DNA of 63,566 nucleotides, the filler included, from Octopus bimaculoides (taxonomy: Eukaryota), in the NCBI RefSeq assembly GCF_001194135.2. It is 5 parts of 5 records of this genome, joined end to end, with 100 filler letters (N's around TTAATTAATTAA, not from the genome) between each part and the next. Parts side by side here need not be neighbours in the genome. Positions count along the whole stretch, not along the records: positions 1 to 21,817 come from NC_068986.1; positions 21,918 to 46,857 come from NC_069000.1; 3 more parts are not named here. One strand, given 5' to 3'. The notes under the pieces are model-generated. The model worked only from the letters and a program-made list of their open reading frames with translations. It had not been told where the DNA came from and ran no database searches. A program made the position numbers and the translations under genes. Shown here one piece after another: positions 12,780 through 26,679 of the stretch (positions within the stretch are counted from its first letter, which is position 1; every line of letters starts with the position of its first letter).

Positions 12780-14090
12780 AAAGCTTTTCTCTTCTATTCT
12801 AGGCACAGGGCCCGAAGATTTTGGGAAGGGGCTAGTCGATTAGATCGACTCCACTAAGCAACTGGTACTAAATTTATCGACACTGAAAGGATGAAAAGCA
12901 AAGTCGACCACGGCGGAATTTGAACTCAGAACGTAAAGACAGACGAAATACCGCTAAGCATTTCGCCGGCGTGCTAAGGTTTCTGTCAGCTCGCCGCCTT
13001 ATATTTTCGACTGCATTAAATTAATGGAAGACAGAAGAATATTGTAATATCAGGACTCAATCATGTGAGTTACGAAATCATTAATGAGAAGTCATTATAA
13101 ATGCAGGTACAAATGAAAGAAATAGAGTCAGGGAATACGTGTTAATGAGCGCATAATAGACAAAATTCACAAGAGAGCGCTTTAAGCTTTTAAGGGAGAA
13201 AGAATGTAAAATTTTAGGCTAACGATCGAATAATTTATAATAGAACCCCGTAGTACATGAGTAGAAACACCAATCATGTGTATAATACATGGACGGGCAT
13301 TGAGATTTTAATTTTATATTTAAATAGTAAGTCTATATATTAATGTGAGAAATATAAGAGCCGGGTCTTGAAAACGCTGAAACATTCATAATAGAGAAAT
13401 GCTTAACGGCAATTGTCGAAGAGAGCAAGGATACACTACACTATATTCAACCGCACAAATTTCCCCACAGAAATATTCTTTTCTACTCTACGCACAAGTC
13501 CTGCAATTTTTGAGCAGGGAGTTGGGGTGGTAGTTGATTAGATTGACTCCAGAACGCAACTGGTATGTAATCTCTCGACCCCGAAAGAATAAAAAGCAAA
13601 GTCAACCACGGCGGAATTGGAACTCAAAACGTAAAGACAGACGAAATATTCCACACGGAAATATTCTTTGTACTCTAGGCGCAAGGCCCGAAATTTGGGT
13701 AGAGGGTACAAGTCGATTAGATCGACTTCAGTACGCAGCTGGTACTTAATTCATCGACCCCGAAAGGAAGAAAGGCAAAGTCGACCTCAGAGGAATTTGA
13801 ACTCAAAACGTAAAGAGAGAGGAAATACCGCTAAACATTTAGCCCAGCGTGCTAACGTTTCTTACTTCTTTACTGCCCACAAGGCGCTACACACAGAGTG
13901 AACAAACAAGGACAGAGAAAGGGATAAAGTCGATTATATCGATCCCAGTGCGTAACTGGTACTTATTTAATCGACTCCGAAAGGATGAAAGGCAAAGTCG
14001 ACCTCGGCGGAATTTGAGCTCATAACGTAGCGGTAGACGAAATACCCCTAAACATTTCACCCGGCGTGTTAACGGTTCTGCCAGCCCACC
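12780..14090 (-). mobile_element. Cluster of about four same-orientation copies of an abundant SINE (core ttcatcctttcggggtcgataaattaagtaccag)
   Basis: Repeated blocks ...gaaaggcaaagtcgac...gcggaatttgaactc...acgtaaagacagacgaaatac at about 12890, 13590, 13770 and 13990. Further copies lie at about 11020, 14815, 23510, 32870, 33230, 36440, 53010, 57100, 59810 and 62210. Confidence 0.85.
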
Positions 14091-14283
14091 TCCTTCTCAT
14101 ACACTATATGCCCGTGGGCATGTACACGGAAATATTAAAGAGCAATAGTTACTAGAAGAGAAGTACAGAACGAATATTAATCAGTAATAAATTTGTGCTA
14201 AATTCATTTATCGTTGTTTTTTCTTTGTTTAACACTTTTTAAGGCATACACACTGCTCTTCCCAGTCCTGTGACTGGAATATC

Positions 14284-14339
<56 letters not shown>

Positions 14340-14355
14340 NNNNNNNNNNGATAGT

Positions 14356-14417
<62 letters not shown>

Positions 14418-14750
14418 CGACTATAAAAGTAAATAAAATAACATTTGTTTTTTTTCCTTAACAAAAATATAGGGTAAGATACCTATAGATAATGAAATTT
14501 AGGGTTCTTTGAAGAGTGGGATTGCAATGTTGATTGACTTAAGAACTGATAAATAATGCATTTATGTGTTGAAAGAATAACGATGATGCATAGTTAATAT
14601 CTTGCATATTTGTTCCACTAGAAATGAAAGAAAATTAAGCTACCAGTGCGTTCCGAAATTATCTCCTATAATTAACATCTAATACAAAATTAGGTCGTTT
14701 CAGGGTTCCATTAGGGTAGTATTTCTGAAGCTAATGGTCATGATGATGAC

Positions 14751-14816
<66 letters not shown>

Positions 14817-15027
14817 GGCGGTGAGCTGGCAGGATCGTTCGCATGCTGGGCAAAATGCATAGCGCCATTTCGTCCGTCTTTACGTTTTGAAGTCAAATTC
14901 CGCGGAGAGCACCTTTGCCTTTGGTGTTAAAGATCAGTCAAGTACAGGGATTGGTGTTAAAGACGGTCCTTGTCCCTACAAAATCCAGTCTTGTGCATAT
15001 AATAGAATGGATTACTACTACTACTAC

Positions 15028-15099
<72 letters not shown>

Positions 15100-18000
15100 T
15101 ACTATTGTTGTTGCTGTTGTTGTTATGTCTATGATAACGAGCATGTTGTTGAGAAAGGTACAAGTAAGTGAGAAAAGCGAGGTGAATGATTATTATGAGG
15201 AATAATAAAATGATTATGGAGATGATGAAGATCGTGGAGAAATCCATGTTGTGTTGTTAACGATTAAGATGGTTCCGAGGATAAGGATAATTATGTGCAC
15301 GCCAATGAATTTTTTTGCATCATTATGGTTATAATGATCCTTATGAATAGATATTCGCCTGCATCATGGATATTACGCGCGTAATTTACACTTTTGAATA
15401 AAAATTAAGATCATTAAGATAATGCTCATGATTTTACAGCTATAACAGGGCTATCTTACTGAACATGTTAACAATGACAACGATGGCTACGTTGATGAAA
15501 GCGTTGAAATATTTAGCAAGTTGAATGTTATTGATTTAGTTTTTGCAGCCCCAAAGGATCTAGATCAAAAGGAAACTTAATGAATGTAATATCTGCAAAC
15601 AGTTTCTGATCCTTTAAATACCAAAGATAATGTGCTCAAATACGCCTCCATAGGTGTGCATGCGAACATATACCACTGAGTAAAATTGAAACGTAACCTA
15701 TTGTCGTTAGAAATGAATCTCACGAGCTCATAATCTCGTCATAGTACCCACACTCACACAGTTTTTACTTGATATATGAAACAATTCTATTTACTTTCAA
15801 TTGAACTTTATATAATAAAAGAATTAACTTTATGCTACATAAAGATACAATAACCGCCATTTATCTATTATTTCTTTCAAAGAAGTCTAAGTTACCTAGA
15901 TTCTGATTCTTTGTTCACATTCACAAGGAATTAATATCCTGACATTTTACGCTTAATAAGTGACTTATAACTGCCTGCGGTGAGTTATCTGTACTGCCAT
16001 ATGAGCTTGAAATTGAAGATTTACCCGTTGACATGAAGAGATATATGTGCCTGTATAAGGGTTAGCTCTAAATATAACACTTACGAGGCATTATTTATTC
16101 AATATATCTATTTGAACGATAATTATGAATACCAATTTAAGATCAGCACAAGAATTTATCATCAAACTGGAACCTAATATAAACTAGTTAACCTTCAAGA
16201 TCAGTTAGATCTCCATTAAATCTTCCTGTATACTAGATGGTGGAAGAACATTCGATATGATCTTTTGATCCAATCTCATACCGAAATTGACAAGAAATTT
16301 TACACAGGAAAGTACTGAAATGCCATTATGATGGATAAAACTGTCTATATTAATTTACACACAGTTGAGATTTGCGTGCACATCCTTCAATAGAAATATC
16401 ATATTCATTGTTAGTTTTATGTATAAGCATTTCATATATGAAGCGAAGATGGTGTTTAATGTTTTATGTGATAGCGTGCTGTGCACTTAGTAAGTGTGAA
16501 AAGGAAGGAAAGGTTTATTCCAGTGTAGAATAAATCGATATGTGTGATGTACCTTTGTGATAACCGAATCAAACGTTAACTTCAGTAAGATAAAGTACTT
16601 TACATGATGTAAAGCAGGCCAGTACAGTAAGGAATTGTAACGATAGACTGCAAGCTTCTCGGTTTTGGCGAATGAGTTACTCTGAAATAAGTGATTCCAG
16701 TGTGTAGATTTTCCACAAATGGAAAAGAAGTGATCAAGTTTTAAATACATCTTATTTATTTGGATTTAGACTATTATATTTTTTTATTAAAACATGTAAA
16801 TATTTCAAAATGCAAATATCGTGTAGCATAATAGGTAATATATTCTCGTAGTGATACATAGTTAGAAGCTACACATACACCGCACACACATAGATGTACG
16901 CACACAGATACTATTATTCTATGTATATTGATTATGCGTGTATATATGAATATGGGTGTAATTGTGTGTGAGTGTGTGTTTATATGTGTGTCCGTGTGAC
17001 AATGTGTTTATGTTGGATTATATAGCTTCTAACCCTATATCACGGAGGTAATTATTTTACGTTATAAAATATGTGATTTGCATATTTAAATGCTATCCGT
17101 ATGAAAAACACTTCTTATTTTAATGTATGTGTAAGCCAACAAAATATATTACAACCTTTATTTCTTTTCCTTGTTCAGAAAGAGGAAAAAAAAAAAACAT
17201 TAACGCTAATCGAGTATTCAGTGGTATGTAAAATCATATTGTCTATCATTACTATATGTCAGAGTATTACTCTATTTTACTTTATATAATATATTTTATC
17301 ATACCAAACTAACTTTGATGCGTTTGGTTCCTTCCTAAAAAGGGAGGAACACATTTATCGATTTGACTACATTGAAATCCTTCTCTTCCATTTCACACCA
17401 AGTACTCTGCACGCTATCACATATAACAACATTAAACATCATCTTCACTTTATATATGAGCTGCTTATGCATGAATCTAACAATGAATATCTCTATTGAA
17501 GGATACGCACGCAAATCTCAACAGAGTATACATTAATATAGACTGTTCTATCCATTACAACGCAATTTCAATACATTCTAGTATAAAATTATGTATCTAT
17601 CTTGGTAGGAGATTGCATCAAACAGTGAAGCTGAAAATTATAAGAGTACTGCAGACCTTTTAGTAGAACCAGTTTTTTATGTATTGAGGACGAGTTTCCG
17701 TGCTGATCTAAAAGTGTTATTTTTATCTATCATCTCCATAATTACATGAAATCCCTTATATTTGCATACATATATGATCATATCCAGTGAGCGTTGTCAT
17801 TAGCTGTGCACAATCCTTAATTGACCATAAAAACAACTCTTTACAATTCTGCTTATGTTAATGGCTGCAGTAAAAGACAGATGAACTTGCCTATATTTTG
17901 TTTGTGAGTGTGAGAAATTATGCGTATACATGACGTATATAAGCATAACTATCAACAGGTCATGATCACACACATGTATGTGTGTGAGTGCGTGTGTGTA

Positions 18001-18290
18001 TGCGTGTGCATGTGTGTTGTGCCTCTGCTGGTGTATGTGCGTGCTTGTCTATATATATGTATCTTCATAAATCCTTATTTCCTTCGAATCATTCAGAAAT
18101 TGTGATATAGAAACAATTTACTGTTAGAAATTTCCATTGAATTGGAAAATTTCAGAATATTTCCTTAGTTTTAACTGTACTCTTGTTTCTATAATTTCCT
18201 GATTTATATTTTAGTTCGCTTCCGTCTATGTGGTAAAATCATATATTGCCTGAACAAGACAAGCTGCCTCTATTTTGCAGAAAATAGTGT

Positions 18291-18370
18291 TGGCGGTCAG
18301 CTATAAGACTCGAACTCACACCTTCGTGATTGCGAATCAGGGTGTTTTAGACAGATTAAACTAAACTGCC
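18291..18370 (-). pseudogene. Degenerate tRNA-like sequence (anticodon CGC, Ala-like), probably a pseudo-tRNA or repeat head
   Basis: The minus strand folds as acceptor GGCAGTT/AGCTGAC (6/7 pairs), D stem GTTT/AAAC, anticodon stem CCTGA/TCACG (4/5) with loop TT-CGC-AA, and T stem GTGAG/CTTAT with loop TTCGAGT. The D-loop GG is replaced by GT and there is one extra base after the D arm. Confidence 0.55.
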
Positions 18371-18877
18371 CTCACCACACATTCTTCTGCAAATTTAAGA
18401 TGTATAGAAATCTCGCTTTATGAGAGGCTATCATACGTTAAATTCAAATTACAATAAACGTAAACAAGCAAACGATGTTTCCTTTAGAAGCGTTGAGATA
18501 TCTTAGAAAGTTAAAGAAGTGCTTTTAAATTATCAAACGCAGGATAATGCTAATAATGTAGCCTGAACAGGATAAGCTACCCCAATTTTGCAGAAAAAAG
18601 TGTTGGCAGCCAGCTATGAGACATTCTTCAAAATAGGGCAGCTTATTCTGTTCGTTTGTTTGTTTACGTTCTTCGTAATTTGAAGTTAACATAATATATT
18701 GTTTTTTGGTGTGTGGGAATGGGAATGAAGTATATTACAGTGTCTTTCTTCTCTTGGTCTTCCTGTATGATTCCTTACTTATTATGTAACATATGAGTTT
18801 TATCACATAATGCAGCAGTACAAATATTTGTAATTATATATATGTGTGTGTATCTATCTGCTTCTCTCTTTCCCTCT

Positions 18878-18973
<96 letters not shown>

Positions 18974-21817
18974 CAACGTTGTAGTTCGCTTGAAACATCG
19001 TAATATAGAATAAGGTAAAAAAAAAAAAACTCAGAGAGAAAATAGAAATCTTATGAAAATGCGGGAAATTTTGTAAAACTTTTATATTTCAGGCGCAAAG
19101 ATCCCTATTCAGAAGACATTTCCCAGACTGCATTTCCTCTGAAGATGAGCCTCTGCACGTGAAACCTAAGGATTTTATGAAACTTGCTGCATTGTCAGAA
19201 GCTTTCAATTTTCTCTGTGTGTTTACCTTCTTCGATATACATATATATATATATAATCAGTGTATACGTAGATAGTCAAAGGTGTTCCTTAGCTGCTAAC
19301 GGAACTCAAAACTGAAATGAAACGTGTGATGTCTACAGCTCATCCTCTGTTGCACCTGCGTAAACATGTTGTGTACATAATATGTTTACCTTAAATCTGT
19401 AAGATATATGTTATAGCAATGCCAGATATATTTATGGCAATACAACGAAAAGCTATTAACACTCACATGCGCACATGCCCACACATACATATCATGTGAT
19501 GTTAGTGCTTATGAACGAAGTGACGAATATGTAAATGAGTCTAATCAGATCATTTAGGTTTATATATGAATGTTTTCCAATAGTGTGTTCTGGGATATTT
19601 AGTAAAGATGCTCAGATACTGACGAAGGCACAAATTGTGTTAAAATGTGAAGTATGAAAAACTTTTAAGTTGCAGTTTAAGTACACTTTGCGTATATACA
19701 GGAAACATTTGCTTCATCGCATCGTATATACATAAAGTTGTTCAAATTTTGGCGAGTTAGGTGCCAAAGTCTTAACGGGGATCAAAATAAGGAAAAGATA
19801 ATGATGACATTATCTTTGCAACAGTAGTTTTACAAGATAAGAGATTTCATACATATAAGTTTATACTTACAAAATGAAGGGGAGACAGTGATCTGCAAAC
19901 ATTATCGTGGCAAAAACAAAGACAGTATTTACATGTTTAACTAAGATCTACCGGTTCCTATCACTTTAAATAGAATATGTAGTCATACTGAAATGAAAAA
20001 TCATGGGAGACAACTTATATCAAATTAATCCTTTAGAATATGTTACAGAATTCTGCGAATGCACATATTTTGCTGATAAGGAATCCGTAGTGTTGTATGT
20101 CATTTTCTTCTGGTTGTTGTATGGTTGCAGTTCACAACGAAGTGTAAACATATATGTATGTGTGTGTGTGCATGTGCGGGCGGGAGAGATAGAGAAATAG
20201 AACATAGGTGCGTGTCTTCTGTGTGTGTATACATAGAATGGGAAATATATTTGTTTAACTGGAAATATTTGTTTTAATATATGAGTTGCCTAGTTTGTAA
20301 AATGTTTTCTGTCATATGAAGTCTACCCCCAATATATATTATAGTAATACTTAAGCAACAGATGTGGAGATGACCATTTATAATTCTAAAAAAGCTTTAA
20401 TATACAGGTGAGAATCATGAATTATTTTATAGTTGTATTCTTTCTGTAGGTAATTTCTCTCATATTCTCCTTCTCACTATCTCTTTCTTCTCTACTTTGA
20501 GTCACTTTCAAACAAGTGAATATGAGCAGAAACACGGCGTACTGCTATAGATTTCTATCTTATGTTACGTCACTTATCTGTGCATCGAAATAATACCTAT
20601 GTTATTAAGCAGAAAGCAAATAACGATTGCAACATAGCTAGAAATACATCACTACAGAAATTGAATTATTTCTAGCGACGTATTTAGCGTAACTGAAATT
20701 CTGCTTTTTGCTAAAAGCCTGGAGGTTTTAAGGGTAATAAAGATACCTTACTGTATTATTTCCTCAAGAAAATAAAAAAAGCCATGGTAACATTATATTT
20801 GTAGGGAAAAATAACTTAACATATTGCAGTTGGTACAATATAATTCAATCGTTTATACAAACATCTAATGTTCTGCTCTTATCTCTGGCAAGTTATTATT
20901 ATGCAAGCTTCTAATTTATACAAACAATACAAATGGGATATGCATTTTCATAATGGCAATTGGTTGCAGGGAAATGATGTCTGATAAAAACAATGATGCA
21001 TTTGTTTGAATGAGAATGGCATTTCGAGAAAATCGGTGATTCATTAAGGAATCCATTTATCTCCATAATTGCCGTATATATATAACAATGGATAACTTAT
21101 CCATATCCGTACCGGCACACGTTTGTTTATATGTCATTAGAAAAATCGACTCAGCATGCGGTTTCCATTGGCAGCCTGGTACTAATGACGCCCAATGATG
21201 ACAAATAATCATTAGGAAATGGCACCACTGCAGGTAGACATTTTCTGTTTACTACTCATCAATTTCTATATTATTCCATTGCGCTATACGTCTATACGTG
21301 TTGGTTTCTCCACAGGAATGCAGCTGCTTAATAATGAATATATAAAAACGTATATCTACGTACTTATACATACGTGTGTATGTGTGTGTCAGTGTGTGTA
21401 TACAAATAATGATCACCATCCAAACTACATTTATAGTTATATCCTTAACTATCTCCAATTCAGCAACAATCAGTGATGGAATGAATTGTGCACAATTGTT
21501 TTATTATATTTTACTTGCAATTAAGCTAAGCAAGCATATGTGCCTCAAACACACAGTTACAATGTATTTAATGTGCATATATTTGGTTCCTATGTTTGCC
21601 ATCTTAATATAAAGCAATTTGATATAGCAATAAAGGGCGATTCATCTTATATTGATTTGCAACGTTATTGACACAAAAGGCAAAACTTGGATACGAGGAT
21701 CGGGAATTTCAAGTGGAAATCCATAATGTAAGAAAGGACAGATATAATTTCATAAATCAGAAATAATTCTATACATATAAGCCTACACATTCACTCGCAT
21801 ATATATATATATATATA

Positions 21818-21917
21818 NNNNNNNNNNNNNNNNNNNNNNNNNNNNNNNNNNNNNNNNNNNNTTAATTAATTAANNNNNNNNNNNNNNNNNNNNNNNNNNN
21901 NNNNNNNNNNNNNNNNN
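21818..21917. other. Artificial scaffold join N44-TTAATTAATTAA-N44 (also 46858-46957, 51066-51165, 61692-61791)
   Basis: An identical 100-nt layout occurs four times. The palindromic 12-mer encodes stops in all six frames. Confidence 0.92.
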
Positions 21918-22191
21918 CTCTCTCTCTCTCTCTCTCTCTTCCTCTGTCTCACAAGTATAGAATCTTGCTTCCTTCAACTCTCCTTTTATCTCTTCCTTTT
22001 CCTCGCTCTCCCCCATTTTCCCTTCCAATTCTCGTGACACACGACCTACTTCCGGTTTATAGTGTTTAAAAACAGGTAATTTACAGAGTGAAAGTATGAA
22101 GTGAAAATCGGAAAGTTTGAGTTGATGCGAGAAAGTGTTCGGTTGTAGCGTGAGTTGAACAATAGTTTTCTTTTAGGAACAAACCACACAT

Positions 22192-22236
<45 letters not shown>

Positions 22237-22495
22237 AATGGGNNNNNNNNNNATATATATGTATATATATATTTTGCTTAGGCATTGCTAGACCAATAAA
22301 TTGGTGTAGAACTCAGTATACATATATGGTCCAGAAAGAAGCGTTAATCGAGTACAGAGTGGTAATAAGATGAGATGACAAAAGAATTAAAGGATTATCT
22401 TATGAACGTCATTAGCTTACAGTTGTTTCGGTTATAAAATACAGTGGACTTATAGTTCAGTGGCTGAGTAACACCTTAACAAGTAACATGAAAAA

Positions 22496-22574
<79 letters not shown>

Positions 22575-23206
22575 ACACACACACACACACATCCATATTG
22601 TATTTCGTACTTAGAGATATTACGTGAGGTTGTGTCCTTCATTCTTTTCCTCTCTGACCGCACGAGGTGTGACGTCAATGAAACCACCCCCGTGTGATTC
22701 GCTGAAACACGTTCACCGATGAATCATGGCCGTCTTTTCACGTCGTTCTTTCTCTTTCAAATGTCACCTTTTATTGTCTTTCGTTCTGTTTTAGGTTTGC
22801 ATGTATGGATGTTATACATTCACACATCCATCCATCCACCCATCCATCCATCCATCCATCCATCCATACATACATACATGTTGAGACAGACACACCAAGA
22901 ATGTAATATTCAGTATGTATGTATGTATCTGTGTTTGTGTGTTTATAAAAGTATATTTAAACCTACATATTATATTATATTACATTGTGTGTATATATAC
23001 ATATAAAGACACATTAAATCAAGCTATTCATGATGTCGAACACATAAACATTGTATCTGTGTATGTTTGTTTCAAATATGCGTGTTTTGTTTTATGATTG
23101 CTGTTGTATATATCTGTCTGTCTGTCTGTCTGTCTATAAGCATATATTCATACCTACATACACATATATACACACATCTACACACACATACATATCCCCT
23201 ATGGAG

Positions 23207-23237
<31 letters not shown>

Positions 23238-24728
23238 TGTATGTATGTATGTATGTATGTGTTTCCGTCTGCTTATATGCGCGCGCGCGCGCGTTTCTGT
23301 GTGCGTGAGTGCTTTAATATAGAATCGAAACCAGCACTGAGGGTTCGTTAACCGAGTGAGCGAATTTTGTGTTCTGGCAAGGCTTAAGTCTTCCTTAGTT
23401 TCTTTAAAGCTGGAGGGAATCTCCACCCCCGCTGCACTTAATTCCCCAGCCCCATCACCACCAGCCACTCTACTTTATCATCATCATCATCATCATCATC
23501 ATTATCAAAGGCAGCGAGCTGGCAGACTCGTTAGCACGCTGTACGAAATGTTTAGCGGTATTTCGTCCGTCTCTACGTTTTGAGTTCAGATTCCGTCGAA
23601 GTCGACTTTGCTTTTCATCCTTTCGTGGGTCGATAAATTAAGTACCAGTTGAGTACTTGGAGGACTGTGCCCCCCACTCCTCCCCCAGCCCTTCCACCTA
23701 TAATAGAACGGAATATTATTTTTATTATTATTCCTATTCCCTCCCACCTTCCTACTTCTATTCTTTTGTTCTCTCATATTCTTCCTCTTCTGCCTCTCGG
23801 CAATTCTTTTTGCCACATCGTTCTCTCTCTCTCTTCCTCTCTCTCTCACTTTCTCTCATTCGCTTCTGCTGTCTATCGCTCTCTCTCTCTCTCCCCTCTC
23901 TCTCTCTCTCCCCTCTCTCTCTCTCTCCTTTGCTCAATCTTACTCATCTTCCCTCTCTCTCTATCAATCTATCCGTTCTTTATTTTTTTCAATTTCTTGC
24001 CTCCTCCGCTTCCGTCTCCTCCTAATCCTCATCCCTTTAACTGCCCCTCCTTCTCTTCACTACCTCTTCTCCTCTCCCTCTCTTATTTATTCAACTTCCT
24101 TTTCCTCTTTCTTCCCACTTACCCATCAATCACCCATTCTTCCCTTCATTGCTTCTCCTCCCCACTATTGTCAATATATTTCCTATTGACTCACCCTCTC
24201 TCTCCCTCTCAATCTCTCTCTCAAAATATTTCTCTTTTGACAACGGGGTGGCAGACGGCTGCCGGAAGCGCCATATAATATGTCTCTTAATATTTAGTTT
24301 CGTATTTTCTTAGATTCTGTGTTACAATCCTGTTGATTGACGAAACCTCAGCAGAGTGGTAAAATAAAGCCTTAAATTGAACCCTATCCTCTTATGAAAG
24401 CACATAATGGCTAATGTATCCCATGCTACACTATTTCAAAACAAAACACGTTATGGTGATGGCTATAATCACAAGTGGTCACAGATCTCTCTCACGGTCC
24501 GGATTGACTTTGGGTTAAACACAATAACAAACGTCGACTTTCAATTCCATGCATCTAAGCATGTTAAAATATGTCACCAGTAATATGCATGGGTCCTGTT
24601 GTGTAGCTATAACACACATTTCTATATCAATATATCCCGTTCTTGGTCAAAATCTATATATTCGACGATTTGTCTGCTTCCGGTATGTCTGACCGCCTGT
24701 CCAGATAGCAACTATACACTGTCACATG

Positions 24729-24760
<32 letters not shown>

Positions 24761-24903
24761 GCTCGCTCGCTCTCTCTCTCTCTCGCTCGCTCGCTCTCTC
24801 TCTATCTGCCTGTCAGTCTATCTATCTATATATCTATCTATCTATCTATCGATCGATCGATCAATCGATAGATCTATACAAAAACACACACACTCGCACA
24901 CAT

Positions 24904-24949
<46 letters not shown>

Positions 24950-25244
24950 AGTATGTAAGTATATATACATGTAATGAGTATATATACATGTCTGCATCTA
25001 CGTGTGTTTGTTTGTGTGTGTTTGTGTGTTTGTGTATGCGTGCGTGTGTGTGTAACTCCATACTCCTTGTGTGTCTGCCCGCCCCACCCCTATTTGCCAT
25101 CCACTCTTTTGTTTCTTTCTTTCTTTCACTCTTTCGACACGTGACCTTTATCAATATTTCCTCGATAATAATTTGGTTCAGACTCAGCTATTGATGATAT
25201 CTAAGCGCTGTGTATGTATGTATGTATGTATGTATGTATGTATG

Positions 25245-25612
25245 TGGCTATGTGGTAAGAAGCTTGCTTCCCAACAATATAGTACTGGGTTCAGTCCCGC
25301 TGCGTGGCACCTTGGGCAAGTGTCTTCTACTGTAGCCTTGGGCTGACCAAAGCCTTGAGTGGATTTGGCAGACGGAAATTGAAAGAAGCCCGACGAATAT
25401 ATATGTGTCTGTGTGTATTTGTGTGTCTGTGTTTGCCCCACCATCACTATCACTTGACAAACGATGTTGGTGTGTTTACGTCCCCGTAACCTAGCGGTTC
25501 GTCAAAATGTACCGATAGAATAAGTACTAAGCTTACAAACAATAAGTCCTGGGGTCAATTTGTTTGACTAAAGGCGGTACTCCAGCATGGCCGCAGTCAA
25601 ATGACTCCCACA
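25245..25612 (+). mobile_element. Composite SINE: tRNA-like 5' module, internal (TA/TG)n, then 3' module
   Basis: The 5' module is gtggctatgtggtaagaagcttgcttccc...ccttgggcaagtgtcttctac...gaaagaagccc. The 3' module is cttgacaaacgatgttggtgtgtttacgtccccgtaac...ccagcatggccgcagtcaaatgact. Confidence 0.85.
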
Positions 25613-25700
25613 AACAGACAGACAGACAGATAGATCCCGCCTTTCATGCACACACACACACATGTATGTGTAATTGTGTCTGTGCATATATGAGATACTA

Positions 25701-25772
<72 letters not shown>

Positions 25773-26397
25773 CGTGAGAAAGAGAAAGAGAGAGCTACTG
25801 CGTTTGCATTGTGTTAATGAGCGATTCTTTGTCAATCCAGCCGATGGTGTTTTATCAGACGCAGTCTAGAATGTGTGATGTGCGTTTAACAGTAGTAGCA
25901 GCAGCAGCAGTAGTAGCAGTGACCGGATATGTGGGTCACACTTGTGCTTTTATCTTGGGTCGGTAATCGATCCGGGTCGAAATATTTTCTAGGTTCATAA
26001 ANNNNNNNNNNNNNNNNNNNNNNNNNNNNNNNNNNNNNNNNNNNNNNNNNNNNNNNNNNNNNNNNCTAGAAATAGCAGCTAAATCTCACTTCGAATTAAA
26101 GACTAGAGTCTTATGCTTAAGGAAAGGACACATTGGATAACGAATGTAGTCTTAGGCTAATGCTTCTCTAAAAAGATGGGTCGGGATGGCCATGGGTGGA
26201 AAGCCTTTGCTCATAGGTTTGCTCAGTCGGGGCTGACCTGACGATAAACAATAACAAGAACAACAATTTTATCTGATCCTTTTGGTCCACTGATCCCTTT
26301 AGGATTTCATCAGAAATTAAAGAAAGGGACCAGAATGGAGGGGGTGGGGAGAAAGGGGTCATCAAGTATTTTGATGGGTTTTCAAGAGTTTCTGTTC

Positions 26398-26508
26398 GTG
26401 GAACAATGGTTCACAGGAAAACATGTGGCGAAGAGTGGAACATTGGTTTAGAGGAAAACATGTGGCGAAGTGTGGAACATTGGTTTAGAGGAAAACATGT
26501 GGCGAAGG
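26398..26508 (+). repeat. 3 x 37-bp tandem repeat
   Basis: The unit GTGGAACATTGGTTTAGAGGAAAACATGTGGCGAAG(N) starts at 26398, 26435 and 26472. Confidence 0.9.
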
Positions 26509-26679
26509 GAGGGATTTCAATTCTCGATCGATAGAAATTACAAAGATGCATGCATGCGCGCGCGCGCGTGTGCGTGTATGCATGTTTCAGGTAATACATT
26601 ATACACCCTCGCCCAGGTGATCCGACCTAGACTTGTGTCCAGGTGGCCTTTCCACTAACCACTCTCTTTTAACTAGAGC

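Noticed and set aside
19093-19230. Possible exon after tttatatttcAG (AQRSLFRRHFPDCISSEDEPLH...) and a hammerhead-like CTGAAGA...GAAA
   Set aside because: There is no convincing donor or homology, and stem II and stem III of a hammerhead do not pair.
21862-21873. TTAATTAATTAA islands inside N runs (four occurrences)
   Set aside because: The identical N44-12mer-N44 layout and six-frame stops show an artificial scaffolding spacer, not biology.
23700-24230. Long polypyrimidine/polypurine tract with potential H-DNA
   Set aside because: Such CT-rich decayed SSRs are ubiquitous in this genome and nothing specific distinguishes this one.
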